Below, in pieces: positions 27,425 to 35,852 of a stretch of 64,000 nucleotides of DNA. The notes under the pieces are model-generated. The model was not told the origin of the DNA. It saw only the letters and a program-made list of their open reading frames with translations, and did not search any database. The number at the start of each line of letters is the position of its first letter. Positions within the stretch are counted from its first letter, which is position 1. The stretch spans positions 2,041 to 66,040 of the forward strand of contig JBDSNU010000017.1 in assembly GCA_039915165.1 (NCBI GenBank). Direction: 5' to 3'. Both the position numbers and the translations under genes were made by a program. Source of the stretch: Minisyncoccota bacterium. GTDB lineage: Bacteria; Patescibacteriota; Minisyncoccia; Phycocordibacterales; UBA9973.

Positions 27425-27734
27425 TGATTTCGGAAAAAAAGTCTTAGTTGAGGACTGCCAGAAAGTCCTGATCAGCGACTTCATACGCAGTGCCAAGAGC
27501 AAGCTCAAGCAAGCGCTGCTGGCCGCAGAGCTGCAGTCTCAGGACCTGGATGTCAGCCTCACCACGTCGCCAGTGCACCGCAACGGCCTTCGATACTGGT
27601 TCGCATGCCCGCTTTGCCAAAAGCGAGTCGGGGTACTTTACGTGCATCCTATCAACCATAACCTGGGCTGCAGAGAATGCCTGAACCTGAAATACAAGAA
27701 GTGTCGATTTAAAGGGATGGTCGAGATTTTCTAA
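27405..27734 (+). CDS. Zinc-ribbon hypothetical protein
   Basis: CPLCQKR...GCRECLNLKYKKC four-Cys arrangement. Confidence 0.4.
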   Translation: MKALPLNDFGKKVLVEDCQKVLISDFIRSAKSKLKQALLAAELQSQDLDVSLTTSPVHRNGLRYWFACPLCQKRVGVLYVHPINHNLGCRECLNLKYKKCRFKGMVEIF

Positions 27735-27889
27735 CGAAAATGGTATTATGAGTGAGCTACACAACAGACCAATAAACGACGATTTTTTTGTACTCGAAGA
27801 GGGGCAAGGTGGTTCGTTGTGTAGCAACAAAGAGTCGTTTCCTTGTCCCTCTTTGGGTGTAAGGAACATCCTTACAAAAGATACTATCG

Positions 27890-29707
27890 ATGCTCTTGAA
27901 GGGCTTGGGGAGGTATTGCGGGGCATACGGAAAAGAATGTTGTCCGAAGGATATGAAATCCATAATGGAGCCGTTTCTAAAAAGCATGAGCAAGCAAATT
28001 ATTAAAACTGAAAAAGAACTCATAGCAGAGATAGTGAACGGCAAATACCGCGAGTGCTATTTTATATACAACCGCAAGAGCACTGACGATGATGACAATC
28101 AGAAAAATTCCATTTCATATCAGAAAGCAGAGAATGCTCGATTTGCATTTAAAGAAAAGCTACCGATGGCACACCTTACAATAAAGGGTTTTTGTACCGA
28201 CGGGATTGTCTCGGAAAAGCATTCAGGATTTAAGGAGGATAATGATTTTAATATCACAGCTGATGGTCTAGTTCAGTATCGTATTGATAGACCAAAGTTT
28301 CAGCAAATGCTCCAGTTCGCAAGCCAGGGGCTTATAAGAGGTGTCGTTTGTCTTTGCTGGGACCGTATTAGTAGAAACAAAGGAGATGATACCCTTGTAA
28401 GAAAGCTTATGCGCAAAGGTGTAGATTTTCGATTCGTGTATGCAAACTATGATAAGACCAGTTCTGGTGCATTGCATATGGATATTGATGGAATGTTTTC
28501 CCAGCATCACTCTAGAGTTACTAGCGAAAAAGTTTCCATCACTACAAGGCACTCCAGAGAAAAAGGTATCTGTACCTACCGTGCACCCATCGGCTATTTG
28601 AACGAGGGTAACATGGATCACAAGCCCTTTGACCCTGAGCGTGCTCCCGTAATTACCCAGATGTATGAATTTTACGCTACTGGTGAGTGGAGCTTGTCTG
28701 ACCTGGCACGATACGCTGCAGAGCAAGGCTTCGTTACTGTTCCTATGAGACGAAGGAGAACGCAGGAGGAAATACTCGGTGAAGAGGATGAATTCGACGA
28801 GATTCAAAAGACATCTAGGCCAGTAAATGAGAATCATATCAGCCGAATACTCACCAATCCTTTTTATACAGGAAAGATTTTAGACTCAGGAGGCAAGCAC
28901 ATTGAAAGCAACAGCCACGAACCCCTTGTCAGCGAAGAGCTTTTTAATAAGGTGCAGGGTGTGCTCAAAAAGAAAAAGACTAGCGTGCATTACACAGAGA
29001 AATTAGATCTCCCGCTTCGGGGCGTTGTACGTTGTGAACTTTGTGAACGTGTATATACACCATACGAGAGAAAAGGAATTCTGTATTTCAACTCCCGCTG
29101 TATTAAGGGCTGTACTAACGAGCTCAAAAACTTTAACATTTCCTTCATTACTGAAAAGATCGCTGGGCTTATTGGCAACCTATACTTTACCGATGATGAA
29201 ATGGCTCAAATGGACGCTCGTATGGGTACAGACGTAGCGTTGCTTGAAGAAAAGCGCCTAAAGCAGCTAGACCAGGTCGAGAGAAGAAAAAAGAAAGTGC
29301 GTGAAGACCTTGCATATATTCGCTCGAACAAGCTCTCACTGCTTAAGACAGGCGTCTATACTGCCGAAGCGTTAGTTGAAGAAGAGTCAAATTTAAACGA
29401 GGAGCTCTTGATTCTTCAGAATCAAGAACAGTCTTCTGACATCGCTATGCACGAAACAATGAAGGACGTACAGAAACTTTCAGAACTAGTGAAGGACGTT
29501 ATGCCATATTACAATTTTGCCAATGCACATGAAAAAGAGAAAATAATCAGAGTTATCTTTTCAGAACTGACTATTTCACAGAATACGTTTAAATATAAAT
29601 GCAAAAGTGGCTTTCAGTGCTTTGAAAATCGCTTAAATGCAATGGGTGACCCCACGGGGAATCGAACCCCGATTAACGGCTTGAAAAGCCGGCGTCCTAA
29701 CCGTTAG
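27890..29707 (+). CDS. Large serine recombinase (resolvase/invertase-type catalytic domain plus recombinase and zinc-ribbon domains); start uncertain
   Basis: FIYNRKSTDDDDNQ...SISYQ catalytic-serine motif, DRISRN, recombinase domain, Zn ribbon VRCELCERVYTPYERKGILYFNSRCIKGC, coiled coil. The ORF reads through the antisense tRNA-Glu gene. Confidence 0.7.
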   Translation: MLLKGLGRYCGAYGKECCPKDMKSIMEPFLKSMSKQIIKTEKELIAEIVNGKYRECYFIYNRKSTDDDDNQKNSISYQKAENARFAFKEKLPMAHLTIKGFCTDGIVSEKHSGFKEDNDFNITADGLVQYRIDRPKFQQMLQFASQGLIRGVVCLCWDRISRNKGDDTLVRKLMRKGVDFRFVYANYDKTSSGALHMDIDGMFSQHHSRVTSEKVSITTRHSREKGICTYRAPIGYLNEGNMDHKPFDPERAPVITQMYEFYATGEWSLSDLARYAAEQGFVTVPMRRRRTQEEILGEEDEFDEIQKTSRPVNENHISRILTNPFYTGKILDSGGKHIESNSHEPLVSEELFNKVQGVLKKKKTSVHYTEKLDLPLRGVVRCELCERVYTPYERKGILYFNSRCIKGCTNELKNFNISFITEKIAGLIGNLYFTDDEMAQMDARMGTDVALLEEKRLKQLDQVERRKKKVREDLAYIRSNKLSLLKTGVYTAEALVEEESNLNEELLILQNQEQSSDIAMHETMKDVQKLSELVKDVMPYYNFANAHEKEKIIRVIFSELTISQNTFKYKCKSGFQCFENRLNAMGDPTGNRTPINGLKSRRPNR

Positions 29708-29718
29708 ACGATGGGGCC
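29647..29718 (-). tRNA. tRNA-Glu (anticodon TTC)
   Basis: Reverse complement folds as GGCCCCA-TC-GTCT-AACGGTTA-GGAC-G-CCGGC-TTTTCAA-GCCGT-TAAT-CGGGG-TTCGATT-CCCCG-TGGGGTC-A. Followed by CCCA, not an exact CCA. Confidence 0.75.
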
Positions 29719-29811
29719 ATAGTAAATGGCGTGAGTAACGTGACCATTATAAATAAAATTTGGAAAAAGTAAACCGTGCTTGTTTTTGCAAGCACGGCAG
29801 TGGGAGGGAAT

Positions 29812-30237
29812 TTAATTGTGGAGAAATTCGGTTTTGAGCGGGTAATACCCTTTAGTTTCATTTTCATCAATCAAATAATACAGTTCATAGCCTTTGGTCT
29901 CATTGCTATGGCTATTAAATTGCACATATTCAATGAATTCAGGTGAGCCAATAGGTGTTTTGTCTAACTCTTGCACAAGCCTGGTAATTATTGATTTACA
30001 GGCTATTACAACTATTGGTTGTCCTGACGACTCTCTCGCACATAAAATTGTCTGCATAATATCCTTGATGGAATTTTTGTCATAAGAAAACAAGACCTGT
30101 GAGTCATTTAGGATTATTTCCGGAGGAACTTCAACTAGGTCTGCACCAGGAGGAATTTTTAGAAATGAAAATAAATTGAAAGTGTTTCTTTCTAGGAGCG
30201 GAATCAAACGAATAACGGAGTCTGGATAACCATTCAT
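29812..30237 (-). CDS. Hypothetical protein (141 aa)
   Basis: Start moved to the ATG at 30237, because the listed upstream extension crosses the hairpin terminator (CCCTCCATTGTAATGGAGGG, 30292-30325) of the next gene. Own terminator at 29764-29792. Confidence 0.4.
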   Translation of the reverse strand: MNGYPDSVIRLIPLLERNTFNLFSFLKIPPGADLVEVPPEIILNDSQVLFSYDKNSIKDIMQTILCARESSGQPIVVIACKSIITRLVQELDKTPIGSPEFIEYVQFNSHSNETKGYELYYLIDENETKGYYPLKTEFLHN

Positions 30238-30340
30238 ATGTGTATATTTTTTTGCATTGTGTATAAAAAATCCTATTTTGTCAATAAACAAAAACCGCCC
30301 TCCATTGTAATGGAGGGTGGGGAATGATAGGTGGTTAAAA

Positions 30341-30814
30341 TCAGGCAACAGTTTGTGCAAGGTTATGTTCAGAAATACGAATAAAATATTCATCGCAATC
30401 TTTAACTTTTGCCATGAAAATTTTACGCCCAAAACAAGGAACAATTGTTTGTTCATCTGCGTCACATATCAGATAGTTAAATGCACGATCTCTCGTATCA
30501 TTTTCTAATAGGCTTCGCACGCTGGCTAATTGTTCCGGCTGAATAAAAAGGAGTTGCTTCGGCAAATCACTCATTGCCCACTCATTTAGACTCAGAATAA
30601 TTGTATTAAGCATTTGTTCTGAAGTAAGAGCAGGGTACAGCATTTCTGTAAAACCTGACCATCCATACGTCATGAGGTTGTTGATGACATAAGTTGGAAG
30701 AGTGGCAAAGTGTGATGAAACAGAAATGTTGGCCCGCTGTTCGAGCGGGAATCTCATTACATCGTCGGCACTAGGGACATTCGGATAGCAAATAATAATC
30801 GTGAGCTCTTTCAT
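30341..30814 (-). CDS. Hypothetical protein (157 aa)
   Basis: ORF with downstream hairpin terminator. No domain recognised. Confidence 0.45.
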   Translation of the reverse strand: MKELTIIICYPNVPSADDVMRFPLEQRANISVSSHFATLPTYVINNLMTYGWSGFTEMLYPALTSEQMLNTIILSLNEWAMSDLPKQLLFIQPEQLASVRSLLENDTRDRAFNYLICDADEQTIVPCFGRKIFMAKVKDCDEYFIRISEHNLAQTVA

Positions 30815-30874
30815 ATGTTTTTTAAGTTTGAGCTAGTTTGCCTAAAATGAGATTATTTGTCAAACTATTTTTGC

Positions 30875-30948
30875 GCGCGATTAGCTCAGATGGTTAGAGC
30901 GCAACATCGACATTGTTGAGGTCACAGGTTCGATCCCCGTATCGCGCA
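30875..30948 (+). tRNA. tRNA-Val (anticodon GAC), slightly atypical
   Basis: GCGCGAT-TA-GCTC-AGATGGTTA-GAGC-G-CAACA-TCGACAT-TGTTG-AGGTC-ACAGG-TTCGATC-CCCGT-ATCGCGC-A. C at position 33 and an A-C mismatch in the T-stem. Confidence 0.5.
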
Positions 30949-31167
30949 CACTGTTGGACATAAACTTACAAAGCGTAAAAACCTTACCCAACAAGGTTAT
31001 TATGGCACATAACAACCTTGATTTTTTATTCGTCAATTCACCCTGGAGGGATCGAACCTCTGTCCGCCTATTTAGGCTTTTTCAGCGGTGTAATTAAAAA
31101 ACAAACTTTTATACCAAAGCCCTGTATTATTTATAGGTGCTATGTTGCACTGTTAAATTTTACGACC

Positions 31168-31362
31168 ATGGGACATAAAGAAAAAGGAATCGATGATGCT
31201 CGCGCAGGTAAACCGTATGAAGAACCTACAAAGGATCTTATCGATCATGTTGGACTTGGTTACTCTAATGAGGAAATTAAGAACCAAAAGGATGATTATG
31301 GCTCGGGATATGAAATTGGCACCGCACAAAGAGTAGCCGATTCTAACGAGAAAAAAGACTAA
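31168..31362 (+). CDS. Small hydrophilic hypothetical protein (64 aa)
   Basis: In-frame ATG at 31168 (MGHKEKGIDDARAG...). The listed TTG start at 31018 overlaps a tRNA-like fragment. Confidence 0.3.
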   Translation: MGHKEKGIDDARAGKPYEEPTKDLIDHVGLGYSNEEIKNQKDDYGSGYEIGTAQRVADSNEKKD

Positions 31363-31391
31363 TAATCCGGGTAAGGGCAACTTATCAGCCC

Positions 31392-32060
31392 TTACCCGAT
31401 TACCTTATACACGTACAACCTGTGAGAGCCAAAGGTTGGCCCCGGTACGTGAATGGTTCTCACTAATTTTAGGTTTGAAAGGGCGAAATCGTAGCTAACG
31501 ATTATTGTACCACCCCTGCATTCGGACAGAATCTTTCTCTCCAGTTCGAGTATGGTTGCTGGAAGGAGGTACATATAGATGTGTGTGGCCTCCTGAAGAT
31601 TTACCTTATTGAAGTCCATGGATAATATTTTAACGTTCATATTCCTCGTCCTAAATCTTGCAATGGTAGAAGCAATTATGTTTACTTCTATTCCTACCCC
31701 TTTGGAGCAATTGGTTTGCTTCATCGCAGTTTCCAAGATTCTTCCATCGCCGCACCCTAAATCGTATAGTACGCTGCCATTGTCCAAATTAAGTGCAGCA
31801 ATTGCCAAGTTCACACCCTCCTGCTTTGTCGTGACGAAAGGCGGCCTCCTTAATATAACTGCCTTAATGTGATAAAACAAAAAAGCACAAAGCAGTGAGA
31901 AAAGTGCGCATAGTCCTATTAGTGAAAAAATCATAAAGGTTATTGTTTTATATTTATACCACATAAAGACAATACGCGGGAATAGGCTACCCAACAGTAC
32001 CGTCGTGATTAAAATTTCATAAGCAGGTTCCGAACGTCCTGTAGTAGGGTGCACAAACAA
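31392..32060 (-). CDS. Membrane-anchored class I SAM-dependent methyltransferase
   Basis: Two N-terminal TM helices, then VLYDLGCGDGRILE (motif I) and downstream motif II/III spacing. Confidence 0.6.
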   Translation of the reverse strand: MFVHPTTGRSEPAYEILITTVLLGSLFPRIVFMWYKYKTITFMIFSLIGLCALFSLLCAFLFYHIKAVILRRPPFVTTKQEGVNLAIAALNLDNGSVLYDLGCGDGRILETAMKQTNCSKGVGIEVNIIASTIARFRTRNMNVKILSMDFNKVNLQEATHIYMYLLPATILELERKILSECRGGTIIVSYDFALSNLKLVRTIHVPGPTFGSHRLYVYKVIG

Positions 32061-32074
32061 AAAAGTCGCTAGTG

Positions 32075-32425
32075 TTAACTAACGACTTCCAGATGATGGA
32101 TGCGTTTACAGTCCCAAAGAACTTCCCCTAAGTTAGAGGTAGTTATTGTAACTAGTTTGCCCCAGTTTTTCATATTTTTTTCGAAGGCGAGAATACCATC
32201 AACCAGTGGCTGACACTGAGCTCGTAGCGTAGCCATAATAACAAGGTCGGGATTGGTGGCAGTATTGTTATCTACGTCGCTAGTATCTATACCTGCAAAC
32301 TTTCCTTGTTTAGAAATCGCTCCGATTTTTTTGAAAAGATCTTTTTCCTGTTCTTTGGTAAAACAAAAAACAGCTTTGTAAATTTTAATGCCACCTCTGG
32401 TGACGGTTAATTCAAACTTTTTCAT
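32075..32425 (-). CDS. Hypothetical protein (116 aa)
   Basis: ORF only. Confidence 0.4.
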   Translation of the reverse strand: MKKFELTVTRGGIKIYKAVFCFTKEQEKDLFKKIGAISKQGKFAGIDTSDVDNNTATNPDLVIMATLRAQCQPLVDGILAFEKNMKNWGKLVTITTSNLGEVLWDCKRIHHLEVVS

Positions 32426-32561
32426 TTTCGTTTTTTTTGTTTATATTGCCTTATTGGTTGATAATGTCAATTCTAGCTCTTGTATGGTTTTAATATTCCA
32501 AAGACACCGATATTTAAAATAAAAAGTGCATCCCATGTAAATAGAATGCACTGATAGTGAA

Positions 32562-33032
32562 TTAAAAGATGCTGTCGGAGTTATCCAGGGTGAACTGTAA
32601 TAGCTCTTCGAAAAAAAGTAATTTTTTAATTGCCCGAGGTAGATCTTTTAGTACGGCCTCTTCGCCTAGCTCACTAACTGCTTGAGGCGATACCCAAACA
32701 CGATTCATGTAATTGCTGTATCCAAAATTTTCGACACGAACTGATTTACTGTCAGCGCGGATAAGGTCATCTGCAGAAAATTTAATAACAGTAACATCAT
32801 AATGGGCCGCTTTGAATTCTTTTCCAAATGAATCCTCTGGCCAGTTTACATAGACCAGCAGGCTTTGCCGGAGCATGTGTATTGCCCGCGGGTCGCTGGT
32901 ATATTTTTCTTCAGTTTCATTATCCACCTCGAAGGGGATGTTCAATGTCATTGCCGTAAGAATAGGGCACCGTAACTCAATTTTATTTTCCATATTTAAT
33001 GTAATTTCCCTTACTCTACGTTTTATTATCAA
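32562..33032 (-). CDS. Hypothetical protein (start possibly at M14, nt 32993)
   Basis: ORF only. Confidence 0.4.
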   Translation of the reverse strand: MIIKRRVREITLNMENKIELRCPILTAMTLNIPFEVDNETEEKYTSDPRAIHMLRQSLLVYVNWPEDSFGKEFKAAHYDVTVIKFSADDLIRADSKSVRVENFGYSNYMNRVWVSPQAVSELGEEAVLKDLPRAIKKLLFFEELLQFTLDNSDSIF

Positions 33033-33329
33033 TATGTCAATAGATTAGTGGTATACAAAAAATTCCTTGACATATAAAGTAGGAGGTATACACTCCCATT
33101 GTAAGTTCTTCATAGATCTTACAAAGCATGGGTGAATTATTTTCACACATACAAGCAACCTTTCAGCTGTTTTCAACAAAAAGTTTGCTTGTACCCATTC
33201 TTTATTTGTTCTTTCCGTACTTATCCCGTACCTCCTTGGTACGTCAACATATAGCTCAGTTATATTTTAAAAAAGCCTTTCTCCGGAAAGGCTTTTTCTT
33301 TTTTATATATAACTAAAATTAAAACCCTA

Positions 33330-33719
33330 TCAGCTTGCTGCTGATAGGGTTGGTGAAACAATTTTTTTAATTCGATAGGCAGAACCATTTTGAGTTGTCA
33401 CTAAAATGGTATCAGCCCTGGTTTTATCTATTCGCTTAATTCGTCCTGTGGGCTGGCCATCTATAATGATGGGCTGATTACACACTATTGAATGTGATAA
33501 CACAATTTCAATTGGCTCGGCGAGATAGGGTACAGGGGATTTGGAGTGAGGAGCATCTGTGATTTTTTTAATCGAAACAGTGTCACCTTTTTTTAGGAAC
33601 TTTTCCTCAGAGGATCTCCAGAATTTAAAATCAGATAATAGGTTGCGGAAGAAAAATTTGCTAAATATCATGTTTTTTCTTTTACCATAAATCATTAAAC
33701 ACTGTTTGTCAACAGTCAT
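33330..33719 (-). CDS. Hypothetical protein (129 aa)
   Basis: ORF only. Hairpin CCCTATCAG-CTTGCTG-CTGATAGGG at its 3-prime end. Confidence 0.4.
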   Translation of the reverse strand: MTVDKQCLMIYGKRKNMIFSKFFFRNLLSDFKFWRSSEEKFLKKGDTVSIKKITDAPHSKSPVPYLAEPIEIVLSHSIVCNQPIIIDGQPTGRIKRIDKTRADTILVTTQNGSAYRIKKIVSPTLSAAS

Positions 33720-33761
33720 ATATTGATATAAATTTTACCCCGCACATGTTATAGTTGTGGC

Positions 33762-34661
33762 ATGAAAATTCTCGTATCATTCAAATGGTTATACCGTTGG
33801 CTCGGAAAAAAAATGGCAGTACCACGCTTTGTATTTATAGTGGTCACACTCTTTGCATTGATTGGTTTGGTTTTTACAGCAGTATTTTTTGCGATGCAAT
33901 ATGGATTGTTGAATGTTAAAGGTTCAAGCATTGCTCGTAATATTTCTCTTGGTGCAATTCCTCAAGCTGCGATTGTAAGTACCTGTGCCACAGTGAATGG
34001 TACAACTCCCAAGACCTGCGACTGGTCAGCAACATCTGAATGGGGCGTGCTTCATAGTGCGATCACAAAAGATAGTAGTGTGTTAAATAAAGTAGCTGAC
34101 CAAACAGGTGTCTCTGGACGGTTGATTGCTTCGGCTGTGGTACCTGAACAACTTCGTTACTTTACTTCCAATCGTGAAAGTTTTAAGAAATATTTTGAAC
34201 CATTGAAAATCCTCTCATCGCTTTCAAAGTTTTCACTCGGTGTGTCAGGTATTAAGCAAGACACCGCTATTCAGATTGAACAATATGCCAACAATCCCAA
34301 CTCACAGTTTTATCCCGGTCCAGAAATCGCACCACTACTTGCATATCCTGCCGGCGTAGATCATGACACCGAGCTCTACAATCGTCTAACAGATGCGCAT
34401 GACCACTATTACTCATATTTGTATACGGCAGCATTTATTAAAGAGGTTGAGGCACAGTGGGCCAAAGCAGGGTATGATGTAACCAATCGTCCAGATGTAG
34501 TCGTAACGCTTTTCAATATAGGTTTTGGTGTGTCACATCCCAATGCCAATCCACAAGTTGCTGGCTCCAAAATCACCCTTGGTGGCAAAGACTATGCTTT
34601 TGGCGAACTCGGCACATTGTTCTACCAATCAGATCAATTGCTCAATATATTGCCACGATAA
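33762..34661 (+). CDS. Secreted/membrane-anchored hypothetical protein
   Basis: N-terminal TM/signal anchor (FVFIVVTLFALIGLVFTAVFFA). Ends 14 nt before glyA. Confidence 0.45.
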   Translation: MKILVSFKWLYRWLGKKMAVPRFVFIVVTLFALIGLVFTAVFFAMQYGLLNVKGSSIARNISLGAIPQAAIVSTCATVNGTTPKTCDWSATSEWGVLHSAITKDSSVLNKVADQTGVSGRLIASAVVPEQLRYFTSNRESFKKYFEPLKILSSLSKFSLGVSGIKQDTAIQIEQYANNPNSQFYPGPEIAPLLAYPAGVDHDTELYNRLTDAHDHYYSYLYTAAFIKEVEAQWAKAGYDVTNRPDVVVTLFNIGFGVSHPNANPQVAGSKITLGGKDYAFGELGTLFYQSDQLLNILPR

Positions 34662-34674
34662 TGAATCACAAACT

Positions 34675-35850
34675 ATGCACGATAAAGAAATTCACACATT
34701 ACTCAATCAAGAAATTCAGCGACAAGACCATGTCGTTAATTTAATCGCGTCTGAAAACTATGTTTCAAAAGACGTACTAGTTGCACTTGGTAGTGTATTC
34801 ACCAACAAGTATGCAGAAGGATATCCCTCAGCACGCTACTATGGCGGCAATACCATTATTGATCAATTAGAAAAACTGACCCAACAGCGGGCATTAGCAT
34901 TATTTGGTTTGTCTGCTGATGAATGGTCAGTGAATGTACAGGCGCTCTCTGGTTCTCCTGCAAACTTGGCGGTATATACAGCACTCGTTCCACTCGGTCA
35001 GTCCATCATGGGACTATCTCTTGATCAAGGAGGACATCTTACTCATGGCCACAAAGCATCAGTGACAGGCAAATGGTGGAAACAAATTCCGTATACATTG
35101 AACAAAGAAACTGAGTTGTTGGATTATGATGCAATAGCTACTTCTGCAACTGCAGAGAAGCCCGCTATGATTGTGGCAGGATATACCGCATACTCAGGCA
35201 CTATTGATTGGGCAGCACTCCGTACAATTGCCGATGTATCTGGTGCATTACTCCATGCGGATGTATCACATACTGCAGGATTGATCGCTGGCGGTGTACA
35301 AGAAAGCCCTTTTGCCTATGCAGATACAGTAGTGATGACTACTCACAAAACATTACGCGGTCCACGTGGTGCTTTGATCTTTTCAAAGAAACAGTTCTCA
35401 GACAAAATCGACAAAGCAGTCTTCCCAGGACTACAAGGCGGTCCACATATGAATACTATCGCTGGTATTGCTGTAGCATTGCACGAAGCTCAACAATCAT
35501 CCTTCAAAGAATATGCTGCTCACGTTATACAAAATGCTCAAACACTGGCACGAGTATTACAAGACAGTGGTTGGCGTATTATTTCTGGCGGAACTGATAG
35601 TCATTTATTCTTAGTTGATACATGGAGTAATGGTATTTCTGGTAAAGATGCTAGTGATGCATTGGAACAAGCGGGGATTATTGTTAACAAAAATACTATC
35701 CCTTTTGATGAACGGAGCCCCGTCGATCCTTCGGGTATTCGCATCGGTACTGCAGCAGAAACCACTCGTGGCAAAACAACTGCAGACATGATTGAGATCG
35801 CACAAAAAATAGATAGCATTTTAAGAAGCAGTACACTCACTGTAAAATAA
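34675..35850 (+). CDS. glyA: Serine hydroxymethyltransferase
   Basis: LIASENYVSKDVLVALGSVFTNKYAEGYPSARYYGG and THKTLRGPRG (PLP-lysine region). Start moved to the ATG at 34675. Confidence 0.85.
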   Translation: MHDKEIHTLLNQEIQRQDHVVNLIASENYVSKDVLVALGSVFTNKYAEGYPSARYYGGNTIIDQLEKLTQQRALALFGLSADEWSVNVQALSGSPANLAVYTALVPLGQSIMGLSLDQGGHLTHGHKASVTGKWWKQIPYTLNKETELLDYDAIATSATAEKPAMIVAGYTAYSGTIDWAALRTIADVSGALLHADVSHTAGLIAGGVQESPFAYADTVVMTTHKTLRGPRGALIFSKKQFSDKIDKAVFPGLQGGPHMNTIAGIAVALHEAQQSSFKEYAAHVIQNAQTLARVLQDSGWRIISGGTDSHLFLVDTWSNGISGKDASDALEQAGIIVNKNTIPFDERSPVDPSGIRIGTAAETTRGKTTADMIEIAQKIDSILRSSTLTVK

Positions 35851-35852
35851 TT

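Noticed and set aside
29645-29655. Treating the 11-mer identity between the tRNA-Glu end and the repeats as proven att sites
   Set aside because: The identity is short: 10-11 nt, expected about 0.03 times by chance in this window. Serine integrase att sites usually share only a central dinucleotide. Kept as a hypothesis, not as annotated attL/attR features.
31033-31060. Possible complete minus-strand tRNA at about 31020-31100
   Set aside because: Only a T-arm and acceptor-3-prime-like half can be drawn. No matching 5-prime acceptor strand, D-arm or anticodon arm was found, so it is kept only as a tRNA-like fragment.
33128-33316. ORF 33128..33316 (+) in the gene-free stretch
   Set aside because: The Phe/Leu-rich translation of an AT-rich spacer overlaps two terminator hairpins. 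More likely non-coding (promoter or terminator region, possibly an sRNA).
35208-35597. ORF 35208..35597 (+) and the minus-strand ORFs at 35601-36148
   Set aside because: They are embedded in glyA/folD in alternative frames or antisense. Cys/Arg-rich nonsense translation.
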